Positions 11,917 to 25,107 of a stretch of DNA of 36,710 bases are shown here, in pieces (position 1 is the stretch's first letter; every line of letters begins with the position of its first letter). The position numbers and the translations under genes are program-made. Source of the stretch: Octopus bimaculoides (taxonomy: Eukaryota); the NCBI RefSeq assembly GCF_001194135.2, contig NC_069001.1, forward strand, positions 3,243,176-3,279,885, written 5' to 3'. The notes below the pieces were generated by a model. That model was given only the letters and a program-made list of their open reading frames with translations, ran no database searches and was not told the origin of the DNA.

Positions 11917-14900
11917 NNNNNNNNNNCATGGCTGTGTGGTAAGAAGCTTGCTTCTCAACTACATGGTTCCAGGTTCAGTCCCACTGCATGGCACCTTGAG
12001 CAAGTGTCTTCTACTACAGTCTCGGGCTGACCAAAGCCTTGTGAGCAGATTTGGTAGAAAGAAGCCTGTTGTGTATATATTAAGTATATATCTATGTGGG
12101 TGTGTGTCTTTGTGTCTGTGTTTGTCCCCCACCACCACTTAACAACCAGTGTTGGTGTATTCACATCCCTGTAACTTAGCGGTTCAGCAAAAGAGACCGG
12201 TAGAATAAGTGCTAGGCTTAAAAAAAGTCCTGGGGTTGATTTGTTCAATTGAAATTCTTCAAGGTAGTGACCCAACATGGCTGCAGTCAAATGACTGAAA
12301 CAAGATATATATATATATATATATCTGCCAAATTTAGATTGGAGCCTGGTGTTGCCATCCGGTTTCACCAGTCCTCAGTCAAATCGTCCAACCCATGCTA
12401 GCATGGAAAGCGGACGTTAAACGATGATGATGATGATGATGATGATGATAATATATATATTGCTCATCATGTGTATATGTATATAGACTGTAGCTGCAAC
12501 CCAAAGGGTCGACCTCAAACACTGAGTGTGCCTGTGAATTATACTAAAGGTACAAATGTTGTGTTTGTGGAATATTCAACCACATGCACTTGTAATTCTA
12601 ATATTTTGGAAGAGTCATTCTTCATAGAAAGAACGGAAGCAAATAAATGAAACTGTTTTCCGGTAACACGGAATAAATATAAGAGTTATATAAAAAAAAT
12701 GTTTCCATGAAACCTCAACAACAACAACAGCAACAGCAACAAATAAAGCAAGAAAAACAAAAAAAAAGGACCTTGTGGGGCTTTTGAGAAAAAAAAAATG
12801 GCTAAAAAAATTTCACCAATTTTTGGAAGAATCAAGCTGTTGACATGTGGAAAGCAAAGGTAATTCTTGTGAGCACTGTTTTAAGAAGAGAAATAAACAG
12901 AGCACAGTAAAGGTTTAGTAATTTTTACCATTATTACAATTTACAAAGAAACATTATTAACCCTTTTGTTACCACATTTCTGTTGCAATAAACTGCTTTT
13001 GTTTCAATTAATTTTGAAGTGCAGGGCTTAGTGGTTAGGGTGTTGAATTCATGATTGTAAGATTGTGGTTTCGATTCTTGGACTGGACAGTGTGTGTTCT
13101 TGAGCAAAACACTTCATTCCATGTTGTTCCAGTCCAGTCAGCTGATATAAATGAGTAATCCTGGGACAGGAAACCAGCCCTAGGGGTCTATAGAACTCTG
13201 GAAAGACCCAATTTTGAAAATAATGAAGTAGTTACTTAAATAACTCTGTTATTATTAAGCTGGGCTTTGTTTGAAGGAAGATTTTAATTTACATCCCTTT
13301 AAAACAGGAACTTAGTATCACTGAACTAGGGGCAATCTCAGGTGGGTTGGTAATTCTGTTGCAATAAACTATTTTTGCTTCAATTAATTTTGAAAATATT
13401 GAGGAATTTAGCAAAATAATTTTTTTTCATTTGATGTTTGGAACATAAACACAAGATTTTGATGGAAGGTTTTAATTTAGATCACTTTAAGCCTTTTCTT
13501 ACCATATTTCTGTGGAAATATGCTGCCTTCGCTTCAATTAATTTTGAAAATATTGAAGAATTTCATAAAATAACTTTGTCGTTATTGAGCTGGTGTTTGG
13601 AGCATAACATAATATGAAATTTGTGGAGTGTTTTTACTTTGGATCGTTTTAAAATGGGAAGTTTGTATCATTAAACAAAGGGTGGTTTCATGCAGGTTGG
13701 TAACAAAAGGGTTAAAAGACTGAAACCTTGCCCCACCAACAAATTCTAATAAATCACAAAGAAAAGAGAGAAAACATACACACACACAGACAGAGTAATA
13801 GAAATCACAAAATAACATGAGTAAGATTATGAGGCTAAAAGGAGAAAGCACATGAGATAAAAAGTGTAGAAATACAAAGTGAAAAAGCAACAATCAAATA
13901 AGTGTACAACAAAGATAAATATTCCAGAGGATGAAAGAGAAGTGAAATTTAATGCTTCAGGTGATACACTTTATCAAAGTGAAGATAAAGGAATAAGAGA
14001 GGCAAGATGTAAGAAAAAATATACAATACCGAATTTAAGATGTCTGTTTACATGGCAGGTCTGAGACAGTGTGCATATGTGTATATACATTTCTTTTTAT
14101 AAATTTTTCATCATTGGACTGTGCCCATGCAGGAGCACAGTCAAGGGTATAGTCAAATACATCAACTCCCGTACTTGTAAACTAGTACTTATTTATTTTA
14201 TCAATCATGGAAGAATGAAAGGAAAGCTCAACATGTTGAGATTTGAAATTGGAATTTAAGAGAATCATCATAGAATATCATTGAAAATATTTGTTTAATG
14301 TTCTACTTTTTCTATGACCACACACACAAATATCAAGAGAGAATTTTAGTACTTAATTCAGAGCATGCAAATGCAATCAACAACCTGAAGCAGGATACAT
14401 ATTGTAGTTATCTCTCATAAAAAAAATAAAAGATATATATATTAAAATCTCATTTGTTGTCTCCATTCATTTATATACACCTGAAGTCAGCTTTGCATTC
14501 ATGCAACAAATGCTACTGATGTATTCAAACACACATATTACGAAAAACTTTCCAGTGTGTATGTACATCTCTTTTTTGTATGCAGCTATTGTCCAATTCT
14601 CTGCTGTTGCCACATAGCTGAATCTTTTTGCCTTACTATTCTATCCATCTGCCTGCTCCTCATTGAAAGAACAGCTATTTCATTCTCTTTGGTTCTGTCA
14701 CTTTCTAGTTCTCTTTCTCACTCTCAATCCCTTTTTGTCACACATACTCCCTGCCTTTTTTTTTTTATCTTTCTTCTTAACCATACAGCCATGCCTGAGT
14801 TTATATTTATATATATATATATATATATATATCTGTGTGTATATGTGGATGTGTATTCTTCCTGTCCAAGTGAATATATAAAAGCTTGGACTGGAAGATG

Positions 14901-17900
14901 GAAATATCCTCATTAACCTTTGCAGGCTCTCCTAAACACCTGGGGAAAAAGGACTAAGCATACTGGTTAATGCAGGACCCAGAGGGTGGGGAATGGACAC
15001 AGTACAGGTGACAAGTGGCAGAGAGATAAGTAGTTTAGAAGTACTTGAGTAGCAATGACACAATATCAGCTAAATCCAAGGAACAAAATCCATTGGAGAT
15101 CTAAGTACTAAGTATTGAATCATCATCATAGTGGCTTTCCACTTGTTGCTGTCTATTATCATCTCTTTTACAAGGTTCAGCATCCTAAGATCAACCTGCA
15201 TCACTTCTCATGTTTCCCTGTTCTGCAGCCTCCTTCCACTTTGGGTCTCTTGACCCCTCTTCACCCAACTGCTATCCCTCGTTAATACCACATGTCTGTA
15301 TAAGTACAATTTTTTCTCTTGTTAACTACCGGCTCCCACAATTCCCCAGTCATTGCAGCACAGTGACATCAGTCTTCACATATCCCTCAGCATTCAATGT
15401 CCATAACTTGCTACCAGGCAACATCTTACTTTGCACGTAGCTGTGATATAATCTGCCCTTCACTCTCCATTAATACTGATTAGCTCCTCTAAATACCAGA
15501 AGTTCATCACCATCCTTGTTTAACGTCCACTTTCCATGCTGGCATGGGTTGGACAGTTTGACATGGCTTCTACAACTGGATACTCTTCCTAATGCCACCA
15601 GCATGGGTGCATCAACACAGCACCAGTGTGGGTGCTCTTTAAGTGGAATCAGTATGGGTGCTTTCTAAGTGGCACCGGCACTTTTTAAGTGGCACTGGCA
15701 CCTGTAAGATGTATGTGTGGAAGACGGTGATTTTACTTAGCTTGAAGTGTCTTTTCAAGTACAGCAAATTACCACATTCTTTAGATAACCAGGTGATACT
15801 TGTTGAAAGCTAGGGTGAACTGAAGTAATATAGAAGATAGAGCACTGTGTCATATCCATGAGAGATAAATGTCTCTTAGATATGACTCCAGTTTATCATA
15901 GGTAACATGTGAAGATAACTTGGTGGTACTTATTGTAAATTTCCAATAACTTTTGTTTAAGAAAAAAACTTCATAACTAATTTCTGAAAATATAGCTATT
16001 TGTTTTATTAACATTCTTTCTTTTTTTTTACAAATTTTTGTATAAATTTGAAATTGTTTAGAATAACAGAAAAGAAAAAACACAGGGTAAAAACAAAGTA
16101 AAAAACATAAATGCTGCAGTTTATGAAGAATAAAAGGAAAAAAAAATGATTGATATAAGTATTAAAGTCAGTTATTATTTGGGAATAAACACAAAAGAGA
16201 GAATACAGAAAATTTACAAAATGAAATGTATTTCAGTGAATTTGGGCAATCAGATCTTAGGGGGGAAATCCTTAATGCACCAAATTAGAACATAAATAGC
16301 TGCCTTCTTGATTATGGGAAACTCAGAGGTTTGTGTGGTCTGGATATCACACTGTAGAATTGCAGTAAGGGCTCTTGGGGGATAAAAAAAAAAAGGAATT
16401 CTTGTTGATGTCGCCAAGAGAAATCTCTCTCGTAACCTTGCAACAATGTGATATCACAGGCTTGCATATCAGACTTTGTATGGACGAGATATCACATAAC
16501 TTCTTGCAGATGGCATATCACCAAAGTCACATTCTTCCTCCTTCTCATCATTTTATGTCTGTTTTCCATGCTGGCATGGGTTGAACGGTCTGGCAGGACC
16601 TGGCAAGCTGCAGAGCTGCACCAGGCTCCAAACTGTCTGTTTTGGGATGGCTTTTACAGCTGGATGCCCTTCTTAAAATTCCGAAATTATTAACATGTCT
16701 AGCAAGCAGGTATCCAGTACTAATGACAGGTAAAGACCCAGAAACCATGGTCTACTGGTCTTGTCAATCTGGAGGGGGAGTGACTCACTCCCTTACAATA
16801 TATTGGACACAGGCTGTGTGTTGTTAACCAGCTGGAAAAGACGTTTTCCTGGGGTTAAAATGTAGTAACATAGTTCTGCATAGAACAGCCATGGTATAGT
16901 GGCAAAAAATATTATCTAAAATTATTATCATGTTATAATTATTATTATCAGAAAACTTTATACAATGAGAGATCACATACATCATACTAATAAGATGCCA
17001 TTAAGCTACTTACCATAGCCTTTGATAATACAAAATTTATTTTTCCAATACAGAACCATAAATTCAATAAATTGTCTATTTTCTTCATTTGCCTCAAGGG
17101 AAACAATGATATCAGTAAAAGTGACTTCTGACATAGGTACAAAACATATGTGGAAAGGAGGGGGGAACAGTTGATGAGATTACCCCCTCGACCACCACCA
17201 TCGAGCGTATGACTGATACTTTATTTTATCAAGCCTTGAGAATGGAATGAAATAAAAAAAAAACCCTCGGAGGGATTTGAACTGAGAATGTAGATAGATC
17301 GAACTCAATATTGCCAGACTTGATATTAGCAAAAGGTGAAGAACTTGCAATTATTTGGAATTATAGGTGATTGGACTGATTCCAATACATACCTGTCTTG
17401 AGGTCTATCTGACAGATCCCAATCATCTGCCAGAGAAAGATTCTATCTATGGGTAACGGTGAGGCTCCCTTATATGAAGTGAACTTTGAACTTAAAGAAA
17501 CAAAATTTCAATGCTATAAGGGACATACTCCAGTGTTTTAACCAGGGCTGTGGAGTCGGAGTCCGAAACAATTAAGGGGTAGCTGAAGTTGGAGTCAGAG
17601 TCGGTATACTTTTTACTGACTCTGACTCACAATGTCTTTACTCTTGAACATAAACCAGTTATAACATATAGGCTGACTCAAAGTACAAGACTATGCTTTA
17701 TGAGATATGTAGACCACAAACACTTAATTACATACACAGGAGTCAGAGTCGAAGTTTCTTGTTTCGACTCTTCAGCCCTGGTTTTAACAATGTAGTAAGG
17801 GACATTCAGTCTAGCACCTTAATAGGAAATATCAAACAAGTGTTATACCAAGACCTACAATGTAATGAACCATCCAGTAATACATCTGGGAGTAGAAATT

Positions 17901-20900
17901 TTCTTACCATATTCTTCAGCTGATTGCAATTCATATAAAACTGCTAGAATTGATTTTCCCTTAACAAATAAGGACTCATGATCATCACCATCATTTTATA
18001 TCTACTCAGAGTTTATTGAAGCAAATTTTCTACGACTGGATGCCCTTCCTGTTACCAACCCTCACCTGTTTCCAAGGAAGCTGATATCTCCCCCATGACC
18101 GGACATTTTCATAGAATATTGCCAACAAATGACATTCACTTACAACCGCCATGCAATGTCAAGTCAAAGAGACACAAGCACTGACACGCTCCCATTCACA
18201 CACACACATATATATATACACAACAGGCTTCTCTCAGTTTCCGTTATCAAATCCACTTACAAGGCTTTGGTCAACCTAAGGATATAATAACAGACACTTG
18301 CTCAAAGTGTCAGACGGTGAGATTGAAACTGAAACCATGGAGTTGGAAAGCAAACTTTTTAATCATGCAGGACAGATCATGAGCAGAGAAATAAGAAATA
18401 AGTATTAAGCATATTTCCTCATCTCAGAAATATAGAGTTATATTAAGAAATAAGTGTTTTAACTGACCTGTAGAATAAAATAAGATAATAAAGGGGAAAA
18501 ACATAAAATAGAACTGCTGCATGTATTTTACTTTTAGAAAGAAAATGGAATTATCAATGTTTTTTTTTTTGATTTTTTAAATATTAAAACAAAAAAAAAT
18601 GTTAAACATGTTAAAAGTTTCATTCAGTTTTCAATAATTTAAATATTCAAATTTGAAGTATCCTGCTTGTTTTCCCAGGATACTTCAAATGTTGAAGTGA
18701 TATTTCTGTATCAGAGATGAAAGCTCTTTGAATTTTGTATTCTTACAACACCAAAAAATCTTGCTCCTTGCATTCGCCTTTCGTCCTTAAAAAGCCAAAC
18801 AGCAGCGAATTGGCCACATTCCATCACGTATGCATCATCAGAAAAGGACACAGCTGACATTACAAGGTAGATGGAGGGGTAAAGCAAGCAGTCTTCCTCT
18901 AAGTGATGTGTCTAACTCACCTCAGACCGAACCGAGAACTTGTTGCTGCTGTAAGACAATGCTTCCATGTTGACTGAAGAAGCAGCTTCGCGAGAAACTT
19001 TGCGGCGTTTCTTTTTCTTCAGATCAATGTCTGTCAGTTCGGCATTTTCCGTTTGAGATACAGACTGCGACAAAACACTGCCAAGGAACTCGGATACCTC
19101 ATCCTGAAAATAAATAAGTTTTGTTATCTTTCCTTGTAATCCATTGTTTTTTATGGGTGAGGCTATGAATATGTATGGCTGGGGACAACTGCATAAAGAA
19201 GTGCCAAACCCTAATTGTGGAGGGTACTTGTGGAAGGGGTAGACCCAGGAAAATATGGGATGAATGGTGAGAAAGGATCTTCAGATGCCGAGCCTCTTTG
19301 AGAAAATGGCTGGTAGATACATAGGCAAAATTCAAACCATGTACCTGTTATTTGCTGAGGCAGGCAAAATCTGAGCAAGCTCAACAAGATGAAGCTAGCA
19401 GTATTGATGGTGGGGGAGGGGGAGAACTGGTTAATGATCTTATTATAAAGCAACAGTTTGAGATAGGAAGTGGCCGGTAGATACATAGGCAAAGCTCAAA
19501 CCATGTATTTGTTGTTTAAGTGGTCGGCATTACCACTTACCTCATATAACTGGGCCTCACTAAGGAAACGACAAGGGACCAGGAGATGTGGCAATTTGCT
19601 GTACTTGATAAGACACTTCAAGCTAAGTAAAATCACTGTCTTCCACACATACGGGTTTGTCCTTTCAGGTATCAGTACCACATAAAAAGTACCTGTGCCA
19701 GTGCTGCGTTAATGCACCTGTGCTGCATAAATTCACCCATGCTGGTGGTACATAAAAATCACCCAGCACACTCTGTTAAGTGGTCGGCATTAGGAAAGGC
19801 ATCCAGCCGTAGAGACCCTGCCACAACAGACAGTTGGAGTCTGGATAGCTCCCTGCCAGCCAACTCCATGTCAAACCATCCAACCCATGCCGGCATGGAG
19901 AGGGGATTTTAAACAATGATGATGATGCTAATGCTCTCAGGCCTGGGCCCCTAACTTTACCCTCCACCTGGGCTCCTGAGCTAAAAAAAAATAGTTGCAT
20001 ATACCAGCAAATTAATGCACAGAACTTGGCCTGGGGCTGAAGAAGGAGAGCAACATCAACAAGGAGGAGGAGGAAGACGAAGAGAAAAAGAAGCAACAGC
20101 AATCATCAGAGGAGCTTACTCACCAAAATGAACCTATCGACTGTGCATTGTGTGATTCCTTCTTGCTTCTTTTTGGCCCTTGAAACCCGTAAATTGTCAT
20201 CTGCTCCACCAATAACCACCAGACTGTTCTCAGCTTTCATCTTTTCTCGAAGATCTTCAATGCCATCAATATCACAAGAATTACTATGTTGACCGATTAC
20301 AAAGAGTGTTGATGTTTTGCTTTCTAAGAGTGGATCTTCAACATCCTGAAAAAAAAAACAGAGAAGACACGATCAACAATAATAATTTTTTTTCAAATTT
20401 TGACACAAAGCAACAATTTGAGGTAGGTGGGGGTGCAAGCCAGTTGCATCAACCTGGTGTTAAACTGGTACTTATTTTATCCGTCCCAAGATGAAACACA
20501 AAGTCGACCTCTGTGGTATTTGAACTCAGAACATAAAGTGGGGAGTTTCATCTACCCTGTAGTACCAGAAAAAAACGCCATTAAGCATTTAGTCCAATGC
20601 ACTAATGATTCTGCCAGCTCAATGGTTTCTAATTTTGGCAGAAGGCAATCCTAAGGGAGGTGGCCATTGATTACATTCACCCTAGTGTTCAACACGTATA
20701 TATTTTATCAACTCCAGAAAGATAAAAGGTAAAGTGACCACAATGGAATTTGAACCCATAACGTAAAGAGTTGGAAGAAATGCTGCAAAGCATTTTGTAT
20801 GGCAAGCTAACAACTGTACCAGCTCTCATAGGTTGCAGGAGGGAAAAGCATAAAAGGGGGGGGGGGCAAAATAACAGTCACATCCCTGTTCAGATCAATC

Positions 20901-23900
20901 ACTATGTTGAAAAGGAAGGACAGATAGGATAATGTCGTCTTAATTAGAATATGTTTGAAGTGTAAGATACAAGTTTAATGGATGGAGCAAATTGATTTAT
21001 AGGTCTGCCAGTTTAGATTTGACCTGGGGTTAAACAACTACATATATTATATACCATCATGGTCAATGTTTATATGTCTATCTTTCTACATCTGAATGGG
21101 TCAAATAAGAGCATGTTGGGCCAGAGTTTCTATGGCCAGATACCCTTCCTGTTGTCAACCGTGTCATATCAACAAGGCGTAACAATCTCCAAGTCTAGCA
21201 AAAAAAACAAAAAACAAACAAACAGCCTGAACATATTTTATGCAGAGATACAAAGATCATGCAACATGTCGAGAAGCCCTGACAAGCTTTCATGGAGGAC
21301 AAGAAGACTCAACAACAATCAGGAAGCTATCGTTTAGAATGGTTTCTTGATTGTGTTTTGTTGGTATGGCAAACAAAAAAAAAAGGAAAAGATAATTGTG
21401 AAGCAGTTATAAAACAAACAGATCAAAAGAAGATGAATAAATAAAGAAACAGCAGATACGAACACCACGACCACCATTGATTCCTGTGAGTGGGAAACCC
21501 AAACAAATCACAGCAGATACCATCTCCACCAATGAAACCTAGGGTTGAAAATGAAAGGGGACATGTTATTAATAAATTAGCTGAACTGTCAATTACAATA
21601 AACATCTTGTGGAATATATACACATAAACACACACACAAACACATATGTATATATACGTACTCATGTATACATTCATCTTGTTTATGTGTGTATAATTAC
21701 ACATATTCATGTGTATACATTTCTACATATATATCCATACATCTCATTTAATGTACACACTATAAAGATACAAGATCAGATTGGAGCCTGGTACAGTCTC
21801 CTGGCTTGCCAGTCCTCAGTCAAACCATCCAACCCATGCCAGCATGGAAAACGGAAGTTAAACGATAATGGTGACATCATTGAAATCTCAAAGCTGCAAG
21901 GTAATGTACGACTAATTCAAATCAATGAGATTAAACAAACATTACATCTGGCAGAGTTAATCCATAATCAAATGTAAGGACTAAACTTACATGACATGCC
22001 ACCAATGCTCCAATATTCCATCCCAGCAAGACAATGGGTCGGTTCTGGAAATGGCCTTTTAACTGCAACAGAAATGGAAATATATCATCAAGACATTTTA
22101 AGAAATAGAAATAAATACATTTTTTTTCATTAAAACATTAGAGAAATAAAAATAACAGCCAAACAATTAATTGCTTAACCAATAAATTGTTAATTTTTGT
22201 TTGGGAGTCTCAGTATTACTGGAATATAATTTATATTTCTTCGCACAAAGCAAAAAGCTGAATGAAAACTGCCCCTCTGTTGGTTACAATGATGAAGGCT
22301 CCAGCTGATTCGATCAATGGAACAGCCTGCTGATAGAAATTAATGTGCAAGTGGCTGAGCACTCCACAGACATGTGTGCCCTTACTGTATCAATAGTTCT
22401 CATGGAGATTCAGTGTGACACAGAATATGACAAGGCTGGGCATTCCACAGACATGCATACCCTTAATGTAGTTCTCAGGGAGATTCAATGTAACACAGAA
22501 TGTCCCTTTGAATTATAGGTACAACTCATTTTGGCTACATGAGTGAACTGGGGCAATGTGAAATAAAGTGGCTTGCTCAAGGACACAAAGTGTCACCAGG
22601 AATTGAACCCATGACCTTACGATCATGAGGTGAATACCCTAACTACTAAGCGACATGCCTTCACACTGAATGAAAACTATAAATATAGGTGCAGGCATGG
22701 CTGTGTGGTTAAGAAGCTTGCTTTGCAACCACTTGGTTTCAGGTTCAGTCCCACTACGCGGAATCTTAGGAAGAAAGTGTTTTCCACTATAGTGGAAAAG
22801 ATATGATTGGACAGTTAAAAACAATACTTAGTGTGGTGTATATCTAAAAAAAATTTAATACATGAGAAGGGAGTTAATCAAGAGGAGATAGTGTATAAAG
22901 AGCTACTTGATAGTTAATGTAAACGAGTAATAGAGAAGTAAAAAGGGTTAAAGAGGGAATAAGATGCGTAAGATGGACTTAGGTTTGCAGAAGAACTAAT
23001 ATTTGTTAGTATGTATTAAATATAAGGTAGAAAAGTAAGTAAAAACAGACAAACATAGTTGTTAATATTACAATTTAGATAGTAAATACTTGCTGTGGCT
23101 ATAAAGATGAAAAAAGTGAAGTTTAAGAAGAAAATGGATGTTGGAATACAGAAAAAATAAAAATAATGGAGGGGAGACAAATGAGCTGGGAATGAAAAAG
23201 GCCAGTCAGGCGGTACTGGTAACAGCCACGCTCTCATAGTGGTTGGCGTTAGGAAGGGCATCCAGTTGTAGAAACACTACCAGATCAGACTGGAGCCTAG
23301 TGCAGCTTCCTGGCTTCCCAGACCCCAGTTGAACTGTTGAACCTATGCCAGCATGGAAAATGGACGTTAAACGATGATGAGATGAGATAACTAAGCAAAA
23401 ACAAATAAAAAATGCAGCTTACCTCTAAAACTTTGGTACGTACAGCTCCAATCATATGTTCAAGGCACTGGGCTATACCAACGCCACTGCCGCCATTTAC
23501 TGTATGCATTGTTACAGGAATCACTTTGCCAAGATTGGAGAGTTGAGTAATACAGAATTTCGTGCGTTTTGAATAATTATTATTGGGATAAGTGGGTCCA
23601 CTAGGAGCGACAAGAATTAATGGATTTCCAGGAAGCTTGCGCTGTCAGAACACAAAAATAAGGCATAGCGTTAGTTTATTTAGGAAACAGTATATTCTAT
23701 CAAATGTGTAACTGTCCAAGATGGTTAATTGCTAATCTAATTAATTATAAACTTATCTTTAGAGATAACATTTTTAATATTTACATTTAGGTATTTATAG
23801 ACCTAAATATTTAAAAACATTGCTACATCGTTAAAAGAAAATTAAATATAGTATATCATTTACATAATGAGATAATTCATTTCAAATTTTGGAACTCAAA

Positions 23901-23971
23901 ATAGATGTAGCTATAAATACAGCAGCCCTCAACATTTTCTATCCAAAAGGATTTTGGATTCAATATTTACA

Positions 23972-24017
<46 letters not shown>

Positions 24018-25020
24018 TATAGCTTTATCTACTTCAAGTTCCACAGTTAAAAAAAAAGACAATTAATTTTAGTGTATTTCTTTTATTGGTTTCAATGATA
24101 GAACTGGCCATACTGGGACACTGCCTTCAAGGGTTGGTTTGTTTGCAACCTGTAACTTAACAGTTTGGCAAAAGAGACTGGTAGTATAAGTGCCATACTT
24201 GAAAAATAAGTACTAAGGTTGATTTGTTCAGCTAAACCCATCAAGACAGTGCCCCAGCATGGCTGCAATCAAATGACTGAAACAAGTAAAAGATAAAAAT
24301 GACTCACAGGTTTCTGTTGGCTGAGAGTGCTATACACAGGGTCCCAGGGTCGCTTAAGGAGCAAATTTAAGGCATCCAATGAAACAGCTGATCCCTGACG
24401 AGTGATGGCAGCTGACTGAGCAATCATGCGGTCGACAAGAGTAGGAATCTGAAAGAGTAGGTTCAAAACACTGATAAGTATACACACGAGGATTGAGATT
24501 GCAATCATACTGCAAAAGTCAAACAGTGGAAGCATATGACTGAAAAGTTAAAAAAATATAAAGTCAAAAAAGAAACAATCAAAGAAGTGTATAATGAAGA
24601 TAAATACACCAAAGAACCAGAAAAGTATGCAACATTTTATCAAGAAGAAGACAAGAGATTAAGAGAGACAAGAGAAAGAGTGGATAATATAAAATGCCAA
24701 ATTTTAGACACCTGTTTATATATACATACACAACATTCATATAAATGTATATACATACATGTATACTCAGATATATAAATACATATAGCCACACACACAC
24801 ACACAGATGTGAAGGTGCATATGTATATGCATACAAGAGCACATATGTACAAGAAGAAAATGTACCTTAGCTCGCAGAGTTTGCAGAACATCCAAATAAG
24901 CAGCCAACAAATGACGGGGTAAGTTCTCCAACAATACATTGTGTAACCACTGACTAAGTTTGGGGTCCTGTATAATTAAAAGAAATACATATAAAATTTA
25001 AAAGCAATTTATGTCAGATT

Positions 25021-25107
<87 letters not shown>

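Noticed and set aside
17014-17127. 114-nt open minus-strand segment with a GTAAGT donor
   Set aside because: AT-rich, hydrophobic translation unlike the flanking exons, and the acceptor sits at a SINE boundary.
17750-17778. Minus-strand CTGAAGA-GTC-GAAAC
   Set aside because: Only 3 nt between the core boxes, and it is part of the hAT MITE terminal repeat.
19312-19507. 32-nt direct repeat (2 mismatches) at offset 164
   Set aside because: Only two copies among LINE and SINE debris. Not a CRISPR-like array; likely a local duplication.
24536-24778. Lys/Glu-rich plus-strand ORF that looks like a coiled-coil protein
   Set aside because: Antisense to a pyrimidine-rich KANSL3 intron and running into microsatellite; the composition explains the K/E/R bias. 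No splice or homology support.
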